Positions 63,168-64,000 of a stretch of DNA of 64,000 nucleotides are shown here, piece after piece. The translations under genes were made by a program, and so were the position numbers. Source of the DNA: Polyangiales bacterium (GTDB lineage: Bacteria; Myxococcota_A; Polyangia; Polyangiales; Ga0077539). The stretch covers positions 576,001-640,000 of the forward strand of contig JBGARZ010000001.1 of NCBI GenBank assembly GCA_044229975.1. Direction: 5' to 3'. Each line of letters starts with the position of its first letter. The first letter of the stretch is position 1. The notes under the pieces are model-generated. The model worked only from the letters and a program-made list of their open reading frames with translations. It was not told where the DNA came from and made no database searches.

Positions 63168-64000
63168 CGTGCATGTCGATGGTGTTGCCCGACGGCGCCC
63201 CCACGCTCTTCTTCCGCGTCGGAATCCGCAACGGAACCACCCCCGACTCCACGCTCTCGCCCGCGAGAGAGCTCGCGAGCATGCCGGCGTTCCACTCGTC
63301 GTCCCAGGCGTAGTTGAAGCTGTTGCAGGCGACGCACTTCTTCTCCAACCCCTCGCGGACGATGTCGCGCGCGAGGTCGGTGGAGAGCGCGTCGATGAGG
63401 GAGTCGCTCTTGATGTTTCGCCCCTGGTGCCAGCACAGGTAGAAGCCGTGATCGCTGAAGCCGATGAACTTCTGCGGAATCTTGCAGCCGCCCGCGGGCC
63501 GGTAGCGCCGGTCTTTCCGCGCGTAGAGCGCGAAGTGGTCGAGCAGCAGCGTCTTCTCGTTGAACCAGGTATTGGTCTCGGCACACTCGCGCTCGATGCG
63601 AACCAACTGCGCGTGGGCGAGCGCCTCCTGCTCGCGCGTCATCTGGTACTGCGCCGTCTCGGGCACCACCTCGACGTGGGAGAAGCCGCAGTACGCGTAG
63701 CGGTGACCACCAATCCCCTGGATGTGCTTGAAGAGGTCGTAGAGCTGGTGGGCGTTGTCCTTCTGCATCACCGTGTTGGTGCCCCAGCAGAGCTTCGTCT
63801 CCGCCAGCCACGTGAGCGTGCGCTCGGTGCGCTTGAAGGTGCCCACCCGCTGCCGGATGTGGTCGTGCGTGTCGGCGAGACCGTCGACGGACACCGTCAT
63901 CGAGTCGAGCTGCGACAGGAAGTCGAGGCGCTCGCGCTTGATGAGCGTTCCGTTGGTGACGAGCTGCACCTTCACGCCGAGCGAAAACGCGTGCTCCAGA
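63160..64000 (-). CDS. Radical SAM protein with C-terminal SPASM/twitch-like Cys domain (5'-truncated)
   Basis: LVTNGTLI, VSVDG...HD.IR...G.F, C-terminal C..C..CxxC; CxxxCxxC lies outside the window. Confidence 0.8.
   Translation of the reverse strand, partial: LEHAFSLGVKVQLVTNGTLIKRERLDFLSQLDSMTVSVDGLADTHDHIRQRVGTFKRTERTLTWLAETKLCWGTNTVMQKDNAHQLYDLFKHIQGIGGHRYAYCGFSHVEVVPETAQYQMTREQEALAHAQLVRIERECAETNTWFNEKTLLLDHFALYARKDRRYRPAGGCKIPQKFIGFSDHGFYLCWHQGRNIKSDSLIDALSTDLARDIVREGLEKKCVACNSFNYAWDDEWNAGMLASSLAGESVESGVVPLRIPTRKKSVGAPSGNTIDMHDD

Overview
High-GC bacterial DNA, most likely from a myxobacterium (Polyangiales-like). This is inferred from a MYXO-CTERM-type protein, many Cys-rich lipoproteins, a Hanks kinase and FHA/sigma54 regulators. 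About 52 credible CDS are present. The backbone carries housekeeping genes (ychF, pyk, cyclophilin, Kef antiporter, PhoD) and many large surface lipoproteins. Notable accessory elements: (1) an AT-richer putative defence island at 37.3-40.4 kb with an AbiEii-type pair plus an ABC/AAA ATPase, a small helical protein and a permuted papain-like protein; (2) a complete 1.5-kb IS630 with 32-bp inverted repeats and a LexA-like passenger gene, inserted at the stop codon of a terpene synthase and separating it from a desaturase, at a site that copies the element's own end; (3) a plsA/plsR-like CoA-activase operon; (4) a cobalamin riboswitch in front of a beta-propeller lipoprotein rather than btuB; (5) a second AAA ATPase + TOPRIM-like module; (6) a radical SAM gene coupled to a degenerate GH5-like gene. 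No rRNA, tRNA or CRISPR array was seen. All family calls come from motif recognition by eye, not database searches.
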